Assembly (NCBI GenBank): GCA_043228905.1
Contig: JBHGNT010000010.1
Coordinates: 3,534,001-3,598,000, forward strand
DNA: 64,000 bases
Origin: Azolla caroliniana
Lineage: Eukaryota; Plantae; Polypodiophyta
Reading direction: 5' to 3'
Below, piece after piece: positions 26,701 through 39,900 of the stretch. Numbering within the stretch: the first letter of the stretch is position 1; the number at the start of each line of letters is the position of its first letter. The notes beneath the pieces were generated by a model. The model had not been told where the DNA came from and made no database searches. It saw only the letters and a program-made list of their open reading frames with translations. Made by a program: the position numbers and the translations under genes.

Positions 26701-29700
26701 TCTAGAATAGAGCATCTTATTAACATAGAAAAAGCAACAAGAATTCTCCAACATCACGCACCTTAGTAGTTGATGAAGGCCCAACTTGACAGTGAGTTCG
26801 AAAGAAGTCTAATTCACATTTCATCGGCCAATCCAGCTGAAAACAGTCATTTGACCTGTAACGGAAAATTATTAAGGTCTAATTAGTAGATGTCAAGTGG
26901 TTCCAGAAAACAATGATGATAGACTAGATAATGTGAAGGATTCAACCAGAAATATTCATTTAAATCATCATAATTCCTCCATGCTGAATGAGTTGCAGTT
27001 CCATTCCAGTTATTGGCCACCTCCTAAAGATATGTTTCATGCAAACCCATTTTGCAATCCATATTAGAGTTCATATATGCAAACGCAAAAACAGATCAGA
27101 AACATGTATTAATCACTTTTTTGCACCTTCTCAATCACATTGTATATTGGTGTGATAACTTTCCTCAAAAATGAATATTCATCGCCTCCATATGCAGGCA
27201 TAACATGTTCACCAGTAACAATGCTAGTACTACCAAGCATTCCCTTCAATTCAGATGCCATCTGCAGTACAGAAACTAACCATCAGGTGTATCCAAGTTC
27301 AATCAACAAAATGAATGTATTGGTGGCATCTTTTTCTTCAAACACAATTAGCTAACAGCAAAAAAGAAGAAGCAAAATGACAAAAATAATTCAGACATAC
27401 ATTATGAAAGATGTAGCAAAGGCATTCGGGCATAAATCGTAGATTTGAAGCTTCCCCCCAAATCAATAGATAGAGTGCCATCAAGAGCAGGTTCCTTTGT
27501 TGAATTGCTTCATGTGACGCATTTTGTCCGAGAGAAAAGCTGTGGATTCCAGTGAAGTTTGCTGATATAATATCAAATGCTCTAGGGCACTAAATTAATA
27601 AAAACAAGGATTTTAAATAAAAAATGTCAGACACACCTTATATTGCTCTGACGACCCAAAAATTCACACCAATCTTTATAATTCTTGAACAATGTGCTCT
27701 TAAGCTTGTCAACAGCACGACTATCTAGCTGATATATATTATACATCGACAAGTTAGAAAGAGTTCTCAATTCATTGCTCTACATTACAGATTTGTTAGA
27801 AATAAGTTCTCAGTTCTCTAGGAAAATGTCAATTGAATACCTTAAACTTGAGGATAGGTTTGGGATCAAGCCGCACATGTATATTTGCAAGTAATAAAAT
27901 AAGATGCTCTCTTTGATTGGCTACATTATCTTTCTGCATTAAAAAAAAATGACATTAAACCAGGACATAAGAACACTTGTTAACAAATGTTCAAGAAAAA
28001 TGGTCATTAAAAAAGAATACTTGGAATCCAAACATGGCCTGCAACCAATCTAAAATGTCCAATGGAATTGCTTTTGCTGGTTTTTTAGATGATGGCCACG
28101 ATAATGAATTAGTGTATCTCAATGCAGCAACAGCAGCGCATATCTGGTACATCAACAATCAAGCGTAAATAATGGAACTTGATTTCAATATAGGCTAGCA
28201 TGATACTTTCATAAATTCTAGATTTCAAACCAAAACAAGAAACAAGTCTTGTTTATTCAAATCCTTGACGGAAGCTTAATTTATTAGGTGAAAACGTAAC
28301 TTCTATCAATAGTTGTAAAATATATGGATTTAACACAAAAGCATTTGTTCTCCTAAATAAAGATACATAGAGAGAGAGAGACGCTATTAGAGAATCAAAG
28401 AAAGTTTCAACCCTGAACCTCTCATTGCAAGAAGTATATGATCTTTACTTGTCCATTTATCAATCTCAAATTTAAGACAATGGTTATTCAGAAATCAAAT
28501 ACCATAAGACGTTTCTAATCTTTTGTTTACATTTATCAAGCTCATTTTTTGAGAATCTGATTATTGAGACAGCAAACATAGAAGAAGTTCACTGCGGCAT
28601 TGAATTAATTTAGAGGGTGCGAAAGAGTGGATAGCATAGTAAACAATTTAATGATGAAGTTGCATAGACAACCAGCGCATAGTTCTTTTAGTAAAAACAT
28701 CAAGTCATTTTTAATACTCGCAACCTTGTAAAAACCAACAAATCTTTTCTTTACCACGAAAAAATTGAGCATTAACATGATGAATTATATCCATTACATA
28801 GTTATATTCTGTAATGATAAACAGAAGTCTCTTGCAATGTAAGCAAAACCTTGAAAGCTTATTCAGCATACATATAAGCATAAGAAAACATAGAAGAGCT
28901 AATAGAGGAAAATGTATTTGCATTATCTCATTGTACCTCTTCCCGATTCATAATTGCCAGGGATGCTCCATCTTCATCAAGAGGAAGAATGTTATATGCA
29001 GCATAAATTTCTTTTTTCTCCTCCACATCTCTACTAGCTGCAATGATCTGCAATAGCAGAAGCTATGACATTTACCATGCAAATAAGGTATATCCTAACA
29101 GTGCAAAGGAAAGGAAGATTACCTCAGGTCCAACGCCTTCATCGTTATTCACTGCACAAAGAACCTCGAAAAGCACTCCTGCTATCAGATACGCTTTAGC
29201 CAACTCTGCTCTGTGTTACATAGAAAATACAAACGTTATGTAAACTTACTGTGCATGATAAAATCCATTATGCTTGAGGATCACCATGTTATTCATGTCA
29301 CAAATGAGAACCAAATCAAGAAAATTATGTAGTTGGAAGCAATTTTTTTCAGACTTACCTATCCTTCTGTTCAGCTCCACTCAGGGCCTTCACATAGTTC
29401 TCATAATAAGAACGGTAAAATTTGCGCATTTCTTTGGCATCGGTTGCTTCTGATCTCCAGCTGGCTGTCTCTTCATCATCCTACAGTGCCAAACGGAAGA
29501 AAACAAAATTGCGTTGGAATTAAGTTCTAGGACATAAAGTAAGCTGCCGAGAATAGTATTTATCTTGAATGATTGTTGTTATTCAGGAAATGGAAGTACC
29601 GTGTACGAAGATTTTTGAGACATATCATAGCCTTAGTGCAATACATTGTATTTTTTCCATTTTACTTACCTTTTGCAGTCTATGGATTAACGATGTCTTA

Positions 29701-30055
29701 AATTGCCGAACTCCCCTACCCCTTGATTGTGGATCTAATCGGTGTGCTTTTTCAAACGCATGGAAACGGCCTTCAATAAAACAATGTAAAGTCAAAACCA
29801 GAGAGCTTCAAGTTTGAGAAAATACACAAACCTTTGGAGAAGAGATTCAAGTTTGCAAAGAAGGAACATACACAAGTAGGCAACCCTAGGATTCTGATTT
29901 TCTATCTCTTTCGCCACCCGTAATATATTTGCAATTTGTGATAACGATGATGGGACGACTTCACTATCTCTGAAATCAGAGGAGAATTGTCCAGTGTTCG
30001 TAAGAGAATGTGAAAAGCGCCGTTGTGTTGCACCAGTTGATCGTTCGAATGCCAT
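17707..30055 (-). CDS. CalS: Callose synthase (1,3-beta-glucan synthase, GSL/CalS family, CalS5-like C-terminus); 42 coding exons
   Basis: Exons spliced by eye give continuous family motifs: [122 protein letters not shown] and [20 protein letters not shown]. First exons are 30055-29872 and 29770-29670; last exons are 18535-18485, 18383-18198 and 17934-17707. No disablement was seen. Confidence 0.97.
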
Positions 30056-30178
30056 GGATGCTGTTTTGACAGAGTGACAGAATTCACGGTGATTCTTCTC
30101 TGCTTTTGTCCCTGATTGGATTAACTGTCTTCAAGTCCTGATCAACCAAGGTGTTATCGTTGTGAAGGTGATGGGAAC

Positions 30179-31120
30179 CTGTCGCACATTTTCCAAAAAT
30201 GTATTTTCCTGGGCAAGCCTTGCTACAAAAAATGTATTTTTCTTCAAAGTTTCTGATCAAAGAAGCTGGAGTGGCTGTGAAGATGAACCTTCTCTAATGA
30301 CGTATGACTAAACTTAGACACATAACTTAACCTTTTTTTATGACCCTTCCATGGTTGGTATGTTTGGGATATGGCGCTCGAAGAAAGTCCCTTTTTGAAT
30401 AAAAAAAATTCAAATATCAAATATCCTTCATATTAGTGAAGGTATTGTATTCCAGTATAAGATTTCGTCTTTTAACCAAGAAAGTGGATATCGATTCTGC
30501 AATGGCTACTTGAAAACCAGTGCCTAAAGCTGAAACTTGGTTCCAATTGATCCGTTTAAATTTTCCTCAAAAGGGTTAAGTTTTCATGGAGAAACTGGTG
30601 ATTGATTTGTGCAACGATAGCCTAATTAGCAGCAGCTAGAGCCAGTGAAAAGCAGAAGTTATTGATATAATCAATCTTTTTTACTCCAGATTCAGGATTA
30701 AAATAGCTAAAATCGTAATTACCGATGAAGAAAGTTTCTGGAGGATTCTTCAGCTATGCGATCGTTTTGTCATTTTCGTGAACAAGATTCGACTTTGTCC
30801 ATGCAAGCAGGAAACTGAAGAATGACTGGTAGTGGCCTAATAAGCATAAATTGAGGCAGAGACAACTGGGAGCTGCAGATAAAGAACCTGATATTGTTGC
30901 TAACGGTGAAGAAGAACTGTCAAAACTTGGTTGAAATTACGGATGATGCACAGAAACACTGATCATGATCTGCTCTGACCAAGATTTGATATTGAGAGAA
31001 AAGAAAACTGAATTTTGGTTCATGCGAGGTGGTAGCCATGGCTGATCGAACTTGAAGCAGTGGAAGAACCACAAACGCGAAGAAGATTCGATTGATTCCA
31101 CAGAAATTCTGGAGTTTTAC
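30179..31120 (-). other. Putative 5'-UTR intron of the callose synthase gene
   Basis: Minus-strand CCC|GTAAAA at 31120 follows a CT-rich leader-like segment, and GACAG|G at 30179 lies ~120 nt before the ATG. This is inference only. Confidence 0.35.
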
Positions 31121-31312
31121 GGGAACTGGATTAAGTCGAAGGAAAGCTTGGAGAGCAGATACGGAGAAGAAAGCAGATAAGGAAGGATGAAGACAGAGGA
31201 AAGGAAGGACAGAAACGCGGGAAAAATGATAGCTTTCTTTATTAACACGGACAAAATAAAACGGCGCGCTGAAGCAACGAAACTAAATGAAGGAAGAAGC
31301 AAGAAGAAGGCT

Positions 31313-31497
31313 GGCGATGGCGATGGCGATGGCGATGGCGAAACAGGAGATGACAGAAGGGAACGGATACGAGATGGGAGCCTCTTTTTTTGTTTCGTTT
31401 GGTGATACGGACTGCAGAAATGGCGCGCTGAAGCCAAACGAGAGACGAAGGATGGAGATGGAGATGGAGATGGAGATGGAGATGGAGATGGAGATGC
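31313..31497. repeat. Hexamer microsatellites (GGCGAT)n and (GATGGA)n in the probable CalS leader
   Basis: Direct reading of 31313-31340 and 31451-31497. Confidence 0.85.
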
Positions 31498-31679
31498 AGT
31501 AGCAAGATACAGGTGGAAATGGTGGATTTCTTTGTTGTGCTCGGTAATACACAGAATCGGCGAGCTGAAGGAAGCAGGATGGCGATGGCGATGGCGGGGA
31601 GCTGAGTGTGAGTGTGAGCTTCTTTTGAATCAACGAAAAACGGTCTTTTCTTTAACTAATTTTATTTCTTTTGTGTTCA

Positions 31680-31982
31680 TATATGTATATATATATACTG
31701 TATACATACATGCATGTATGTATGTATGTATGTATGTATGTATATATGTACGTACGTACGTACGTATGTATGTATGTACGTACGTATGTATGTACGTACG
31801 TACGTATGTACGTACGTACGTATGTATGTATGTATGTACGTATGTATGTATGTAATGTATGTATGTATGTACGTACGTACGTACGTATGTATGTATATAG
31901 TGTGTGTATGTATGTATAATGTATGTATGTAATGTATGTAATGTATGTATGTATGTAATATATGTATGTATGTATGTATGAT
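31680..31982. repeat. Compound (TATG)n/(TACG)n tetranucleotide microsatellite
   Basis: About 300 bp of GTAT and GTAC units. This explains the YV/CM/RT-rich spurious ORFs. Confidence 0.95.
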
Positions 31983-34900
31983 TAACAATAGAAGATGGTA
32001 ACCTTCTTTTGTTTTGCTCAATGCTTACCCTTTAATAACATATTACCAAACACACACACACACATACATATCTTCCCAATGTATGTCGTGTCCAGACCAT
32101 TTTTTACCGCATGCACCAATGCCAATTGCGGCCCCACTCCTCTCCACTAGCCGGCTCGCATAGGCCTCGAGAAACAAGACACCTATGTACCCTTCTAGAC
32201 CACAACCGATACATGTATGTATGTATCTGATAACATATGTGTATCACTAGGTCGTCCCGCCTGATGATTCGAAAAATTACCGAGATGATTCTAGTACCTT
32301 ACCTCTTGCCTCGCACGCCACTTGTGTTGATTGCGAACATTGCATTGAGCCGTTTAGGGTGTGAGTTGTAGATTGCCCACAAGATTGAATCCTTGGTGTC
32401 ATTTCTAATTGACCTGAGAGTGGTTGGTTTACCTTGAAGCTCTAGATCGAATAGTAGAACTTTAGCTCTAAACGGAGAAGTGAATTGTGCAATTAAAGAT
32501 GTGCACATTCATGGAGTATATTTTAGACACATAACGAAAATGCTTCTTTCAATTGTTAATCTTCATAGAGGGATCCGGAAAAGAAAAAGTTCCTTGCAAA
32601 ATGAAATAGCATGTCATCTATTTTTTAATTACCTCGCAAATAACTTGCATTATATTTCCAAACCAATTAGACATTGAAAATCCCATGTGATGTATATAAT
32701 CCATAGTTTTGTTTTTCTCATTCAATAACATGTTCTTGTGAGCCAAGTCACTATAATTTGCGACCCAGTAGCAATGTTCTCAAATGTAATGGAAAATGTT
32801 TTGGTGAGCTCCAGTACATTGCTTGGTTTACGAAAATTGTTTTTTGCTCTATTCTCTAAGTTCATATGTACAACATAACTTTTTCACATCATATTTAGGT
32901 TAGCCTTTTCTCTTTGTTTTTTCATCCCCTTCCATAATGTAACCTTAAACATCTCGTTATTATTAATCTTTACGAAATAGATTGCCAGGTTTCACTTTGC
33001 TTTCAAGCAAGCCATGATTTCATATATTTTTTCACTTACTTTGTTTTCCCATCATATCAAGTGGGCCACTCGAGACATTTTCTCGTCAATGTCGCTTTTC
33101 ATTCCATAATCCAAGCAGGCATGGAATGTCACTACACATTTTTCAAAAATAGTATTAGACTTTTAGGATAAGGTGACTTACAAAATGTCTATATGTTTCA
33201 ACACATTTTTAGATTATGTATGCTCATTATCTGGCAATTTACATTCATATACATTTCAATATGAATATATTACATATATTGATCATTGCAAATGGGTTGG
33301 GATGTGGCTTGTGGTTTCTCTACAAGAGATGCACAAACATTCACTTAGAATATCAAGTATGGAGGAAGAATGTTCACATGCTTGGTTCCACATGTCACAT
33401 TGCATGAGGAGTGATTGACATTGGGTTCAATATAGGTGTGATGGAGGTGAACTTATGATATGATATACTTGTACATGCACATGATGATACATCATTTGTT
33501 GAAAATACGTCATGTCAAGTAGGTAGGTGATGTATGGGGATGTCGTTAAGGAAATAATAATGGCCCCTTCTACATAGCGACACGACATTCCACTTTTTAT
33601 ACTTCATTCATTGAATAGGATCAAGCATCTAGCATAGACAATGTATATCTAATTGTGGATTATGACAAATTATTGCACGTTGTATTGCCATCGAATAGAC
33701 AAACACTACCAAATATTTAGGGACACCATAAGAGTGGAAGAGACATGCACACTTTTATTGTTGTGGAGGCGGTGTTTAGCAACAAAACTTTAGTGCCACC
33801 TGAGAGAGTGGACTTCGAAGCATTTGTTCTCATTGCATGGGAAACTAAACTCACTTTCTTTGCTAATGTGGGTAAATTTGGTAGATGAATTCTAGCATGG
33901 GTAAAGACCATCGATACCAAATTCGTTGGAGCATTGCAGGAAACATGGCCTTGCTTGAGTCTTAACTCATACATTTTGGACTCATCTATGAGAGAACACG
34001 TCCCCAATGAATGTAACTCTTTTGCTTTGGCTCACAAATAAGTATCTCCATGGGGTTCGTCTAACTCTTTCTAAAGTAGGTTTGTTTTGGTTGCCCTTTG
34101 TTGTGGACATCATGGCCAAGAGACAAATGTTTGTCATTTATGGGATTGCTTGTCAACACAATAAGCTAGATTTTCAATTTCAATATTTATGTCCTATTGA
34201 TTTTTAAACTGAGAATGAATTGATTATTGAAAATATTCTCAGTTTTGAATTTACTTGATTATTGAAAGGCATAAAAAAGACATGCATGTCATTTGTGGTG
34301 CATGTGTGATGGTTGTAGAGACAAATTGGGCTTGGAAATCGTGTCAAGTGCCCAATTGTAGATGTTCATGAGTTATATTTTCATTATTGTTGTAAAATTA
34401 GAATAATCGTAAACTGATATTGTAGGAGCACACTAATAAATATTGAATGGCATGCATAAGAACATGCACACGATTTGTGGTGCATGTGTTTCACACAACT
34501 AAACATTGCATAGTACAAAAAAGTACAACCAAGAGTGATAGAATATTGTGAGTCAATCGTTGGTGTAGAGTATGAATTTATCTAGTTTAGTTGTGAATAG
34601 TCTACATTTACCAACCATTACAAGCTCTTAGCAATTGATTTCTAAAGGCTATATTATCTTGGTTGATATATGCTATGAATAACGTACATTATGGCTAATG
34701 TCCACTTGTTCCATTATGAGTGGGATCTCTCTTGGGTAAATATTATATGGATGCTAAAGGTACCATTTGTTCTAAAACTATGCTACAGGGAACAATCCCA
34801 TCGCATACGAAGGATGTGATATAAAACCAATAGATCTTGAGGCTGGAGAGATTAGGTACTTCTAAGAGTATTTTTTTGGAATAGAGCTAAGCACATACTA

Positions 34901-36490
34901 TCATAATATTAACAATGAAGTGTGTCTTACTTGAATTTATATGGTACATCTTTACCTTTAATATAACATGTAAAGGGATTCCTTTTACTAGAGTATTGGT
35001 CAATTGTAAGCATGAAAGCATGATTTGTCTTATTGTTGATTCATTGAAGCAAAAGGAATTTCCATTATATACTCAATCTGTATGGAATGGATAATGTTCA
35101 TGCACATATGCAGTGAGACATTGTATTCACGCACATAATACAAAATAATATTGTTAAACTACCACCATATTATGGATGTTAATCAGGAAGCTTAATTAGC
35201 TTATGCATTAACTTGGTCAATGTAAGGCTTGCCTTGCTGGATACACAAAGAAGGATGACAATGTGATGATCCATTAACATTGAACAAAGATAATAACAAC
35301 AAATGAACAAGAGAAAAGTCAAGAGTGGTATGTTACGAGGGAACACAAGAATCAATGATGGGAGAAATTCTACTCAAGAATGTGGAACATGGACATGTGA
35401 TTGCAGCCACCATTAATTCAACTTCACTTTCCATACCCAACAAAGTAAGAGTGGAAATCATCTATTTCCTTCAACAGTTTCTAGTCCATTTTTGGCTAGC
35501 ATTTTGGGGCATATTCTCTACTTTCAACAATTTCCGTAACATATTATCCGTCGAACCAAGTCGCATCCTTCAAGGTTGCATTAGCTCACTTAACCCCCCT
35601 AAGACCAACAATCCAAAACTGACATGCTCTACAACTTGTCGCATCCTTTACAATAATGATGCGCGAAAATACTCGAGTTTGGTGCCATTTGCACGTGCGA
35701 TATTCCAAACATTGACTTTCTAGAAATTGTGATGGTTTAATGTGAAAACCTCCTAGATATTTATGAAGAAAACAATCCAACAAAGATGGACGAATGCTTA
35801 CTCGCATCTAGTAATTTTCCAAAATTCAGAAGCACCACCATCACACACACACACACACACACACAAAAGAATGCAACCCCTCCCCCCCCCCCCAATGTGT
35901 AGTGAGAAAAATGGGTTTCAAACCCAAGGTGTAGTGTTTGTAGCATAACAACTTACTTACCACAAGGGTATGCCAATTATGATAAAAGAAAGAGAGACAA
36001 CAATGGTAATCTTTTGTGGCACTTGCAACCTCCAAAATGGTTGTTTCTTCCCTTTGCAAGCTTGTAAATTGTTACACTAATGAAAGGATATCTTTTTTCA
36101 AAAAAGAAAGAAAGTGAACAACAATGAATACAACTCTATTCATGAGTTAAAGTGTATGGGGGGGTGTTAGTTCGGCAGCCATTCGCACGAGGACGAAAGC
36201 CGAGGGATGAATAGTAGTGATGCGTGAAGGGGTTTTCTGGGACGTGCCGCCCGCCCTTTCGTTGGATTCGGACGGGCGATCAAAACAAGCGGGGCACCGG
36301 CACATGAGAGGTGGTTTATTGGTTGGGTTGGGTGGGTAAAATTTGGAAAGGGTGATGATCATTAGGCAGTGTTAGTGTCAAGAAAGAAAAAGCCCATGTA
36401 AGTAAGTATGTAAGTCAGTACTACTACTCCTAATAATAATAATAAATTAATTAATGAATAATAAAAAAAAGAAATAAAGAAAATATAGAA

Positions 36491-36775
36491 AAGAAGAAGA
36501 AGAAGAAGAAGAAGAAGAAGAAGAAGAAAGAAGCCTCTCTCTGTTTTTCTTCCTTCCTTTTGAGATACATACATACAGAGTAACAGATCCATCCATCGAT
36601 CAATCTCTCTCTCTCTCTGTGTCTGTGTCTGTGTCTGTGCCTGTCTTCAGATCGATCGATCGATCGAATTCGATTGATCTTGATCCATAGCTCTGCCCCC
36701 TGCTTCGCCATAGCTCCATTCTCCCTCTTCTCCTTCATTGGGCCCTTCGGGGCAACCCAAAAAAACACAGAGAAT

Positions 36776-36830
<55 letters not shown>

Positions 36831-36850
36831 GTCTATTCCACAGAGGCAGC

Positions 36851-36887
<37 letters not shown>
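36491..36887. repeat. Microsatellite cluster (AAG)n, (CT)n, (GATC)n, (CA)n in the ARABIDILLO promoter/leader
   Basis: Direct reading: 36491-36527 AAG, 36650-36665 GATC, 36780-36826 CT, 36852-36887 CA. Confidence 0.9.
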
Positions 36888-36888
<1 letters not shown>

Positions 36889-36984
36889 ATGATTCTTCTT
36901 CTTCTTCTTCACCATTGCTATCACCATCACCATCCTCACCTTCATCTCCTTCCATTCTTCCTCTGTTGAGCGGAATTGAGGGAA

Positions 36985-39900
36985 ATGATGAACCGCAGAG
37001 TACGCAGGAAAATAGTAAAGTACAGAGTTAGCAGAGCAAAAGAAACCCTGTTATACGCAGAAGATGAAGGAGATTCCGGACTGTCACATGTCGATCGCAT
37101 TAAGATAGATTGGACAAGACTCCCACACGACACTGTGATAGCTCTGTTCACCCTTCTCGACTATAGAGACAGAGCTCGTTTATCTTCTGTGTGTAAGACA
37201 TGGCATTCTCTCGGAGCTTCGCCGTGTCTATGGAAAAACTTAGATATGAGAGCTCACACATTGGACCAGAACACAGCAGCTCACCTTGCGAAGAAATGTT
37301 CAAACCTTCACAGACTCCGATTCAGAGGTGCCATGGCAGCTTCATCTATCATCTCTCTGAAAGCTTATCAATTGGAAGAACTTATTGGTGATAATTGCAG
37401 AGAACTTACAGATGCTTCTCTTTCGATGCTCGCAGCTCGCCATGTGAGCTTATGTAGTCTTCAACTTGGTCCTGATTGTGAAAGAATAAGTAGTGATGCT
37501 ATTCGAGTCATTGCATTATGTTGCCCCAATCTCAAGAGACTCAGGCTCATGGGTGTCAGAGACGTGGATAGAGATGCAATTGAAGGATTAGTTAAGCATT
37601 GTATTCATATTTCCGAATTGGGTTTTATTGATTCCGCCCATGTTGATGATGTTGCTTTATCAATTTCTACCTCTCTCAGGTTCTTATCTTTGGCAGGATT
37701 GAAGAACATTCAATGGAATCTAGCTGCTCAATCACTGAGTAAGATTCCTTCGCTTGTTGCAATAGATGTTTCTCGAACCCAAATTCCTCCTTCAGCCATG
37801 GGAAGATTGCTTTCCATGGATAGTTTGAAAGTGCTTTGTGCTTTGAACTGTTCAAATGTTGAAGAAGGAAGTGGGTCATTGATATACTCTCCAAAAAAGA
37901 AGATTTTTCTTGCTCGTTTCACTGACCTTGTGAATGCACTGGTATCACTCACCTCTTATGCTTCTATGGAGAACAAAGAAAGTTTTCAGCAATTTGAATG
38001 GGATTGCCATACATGGCAGCCAGGAAGCAAGAACTGCCAAGAGCTTCTGAATTGGACAGAATGGGTTCTATCACATGCATTGCTTAGAATCGCGGATAGC
38101 AATACACCTGGTCTGGATTCGTTTTGGCTTAAACAAGGCACCTCTACATTGCTCCATCTAGCTAAAAGCACACAAGAGGAAGTTCAAGAAAGGGCTGCCA
38201 CTGCTCTAGCCACATTTGTGGTCACCGATGATGTGAATGCAACTGTAGATCCTTGTAGAGCTGAAGCTGTGATGCATGGAGGAGGAATTAGTCTTCTTTT
38301 GAAGTTGGCAAAGTCTTGTCGAGAAGGTGTTCAGTCGGAGGCTGCTAAGGTTACAGGCCCACATCTCACAAATATCGTCTTTGAATGTTTGCTTGTAGAG
38401 GTTATTCACTTGGTCTTCGTCTTTTTTGGCAGGCTATAGCAAATCTCTCTGTTAATGCAGAGGTTGCAAAGTGTGTAGCTATGGAAGGGGGGATTAGCAT
38501 TTTGGCTATGTTGGCAAGATCTCCGAATCGGTGGGTTGCAGAGGAGGCTGCTGGAGGCCTATGGAACTTATCCGTAGGAGAGGAACATAAGGTGAAAATT
38601 AAGCTCTTCAAGTTCATTCAAATGGATCTTAAAAGTAGTGAAGGAATACAACGTCAAAACTAAGCTCTCCAAGTACATTCAAAATGGAATCCATTAGTAG
38701 TGGAGGAATATAAAGCGGAAATTAAGCTTTTCAACCTGAGTAAAAGTGCTATATCACCTATGTCTTATGATAGATAAATAGGATAGTTTGCTTTACTGAA
38801 AGCTCAAGGCCCTAGAGTTTTACTGAACTGCATGGTTTTAAGACCAATAATGGACTGAGAGACTAAATAAGCTAGTTCTATTTATTGAAAGGGATATGCT
38901 ATATCATTCTACAGTTGGATGATGAATCCTATCTACTTTTCTGGTGATCTTACACGATATGGATAATATGTTTTGGTTAAATTCCTTCTTTTATGGCAAT
39001 CTGATATGACATATATAGTATGTTTTGGTTAAATGCCGTTAATGAATGTGGGTTTCTACATATAGGGCACTATCGCCGAAACAGGGGGTATCAAAGCACT
39101 AGTGGAGCTGGTCTTTAAGTGGCCGAATGGGGGTGATGGGGTTCTGGTACGAATCTAGGACCTTGGTTTTAGTTTCATGCCAACATTGAAGGTTTACGAT
39201 GTTACTTCAAAGAGTTGATGCTTTACTTATCTAGGAACGTGCTGCTGGAGCACTTGCCAATTTGGCAGCAGACGATAAGTGTAGCATGGAGGTGGCCATC
39301 ACAGGTGGTGTGCATGCATTGGTAACGCTTGCACGATTATGTAAGCATGAAGGTGTTCAAGAACAGGTTTTTCTCTTTACCTCTTCTTTTGAATCTTCTA
39401 TGATTTATCAAGTTTTACTGAGAAATCATTCGTAGTCAATGCTGCGATTTGAGGTGTTCTCATGCAAATGGTTGATGTGCAGGCTGCTAGAGCCCTTGCC
39501 AACTTGGCAGCACATGGGGACAGCAATGGCAACAATGCTGCTGTTGGGCAGGAAGCTGGCGCACTTGAAGCATTAGTTGAACTGACCTCTTCACAGAGTG
39601 AAGGTGTAAGGTGATGCTTCAGTTTTAAAGGGCGTCCTCTATAATATCTTGTTGTTTCAATGACCACTGCTAATCATTATAGATCTGTTTAGGCAAGAGG
39701 CTGCTGGTGCATTATGGAATCTTTCATTTGATGATAGAAACAGGGAGGCAATTGCCGCAGCTGGTGGTGTTGAGGCATTGGTAAGTCATAGATTGCTTCC
39801 ATTCTTTTAAGAAGGAAACATGGTTTTAATTCTGGCATTTTGCATTTGGCCACAGGTTGCTCTGGCACAATCCTGCAGCACTGGTTCTCATGGTTTGCAG

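Noticed and set aside
31117-32021. Many 70-116 aa ORFs on both strands
   Set aside because: They are translations of microsatellites (ME, IS, LH, YVCM repeats) with no domain signal.
32100-35800. Possible gene or DNA transposon between CalS and ARABIDILLO
   Set aside because: Only short ORFs, with no motif, TIR or TSD I could verify. It is probably old repeat debris and needs a repeat-library search.
36451-37031. ORFs of 72-164 aa upstream of ARABIDILLO
   Set aside because: They are low-complexity translations of (CT)n, (CA)n and (AAG)n.
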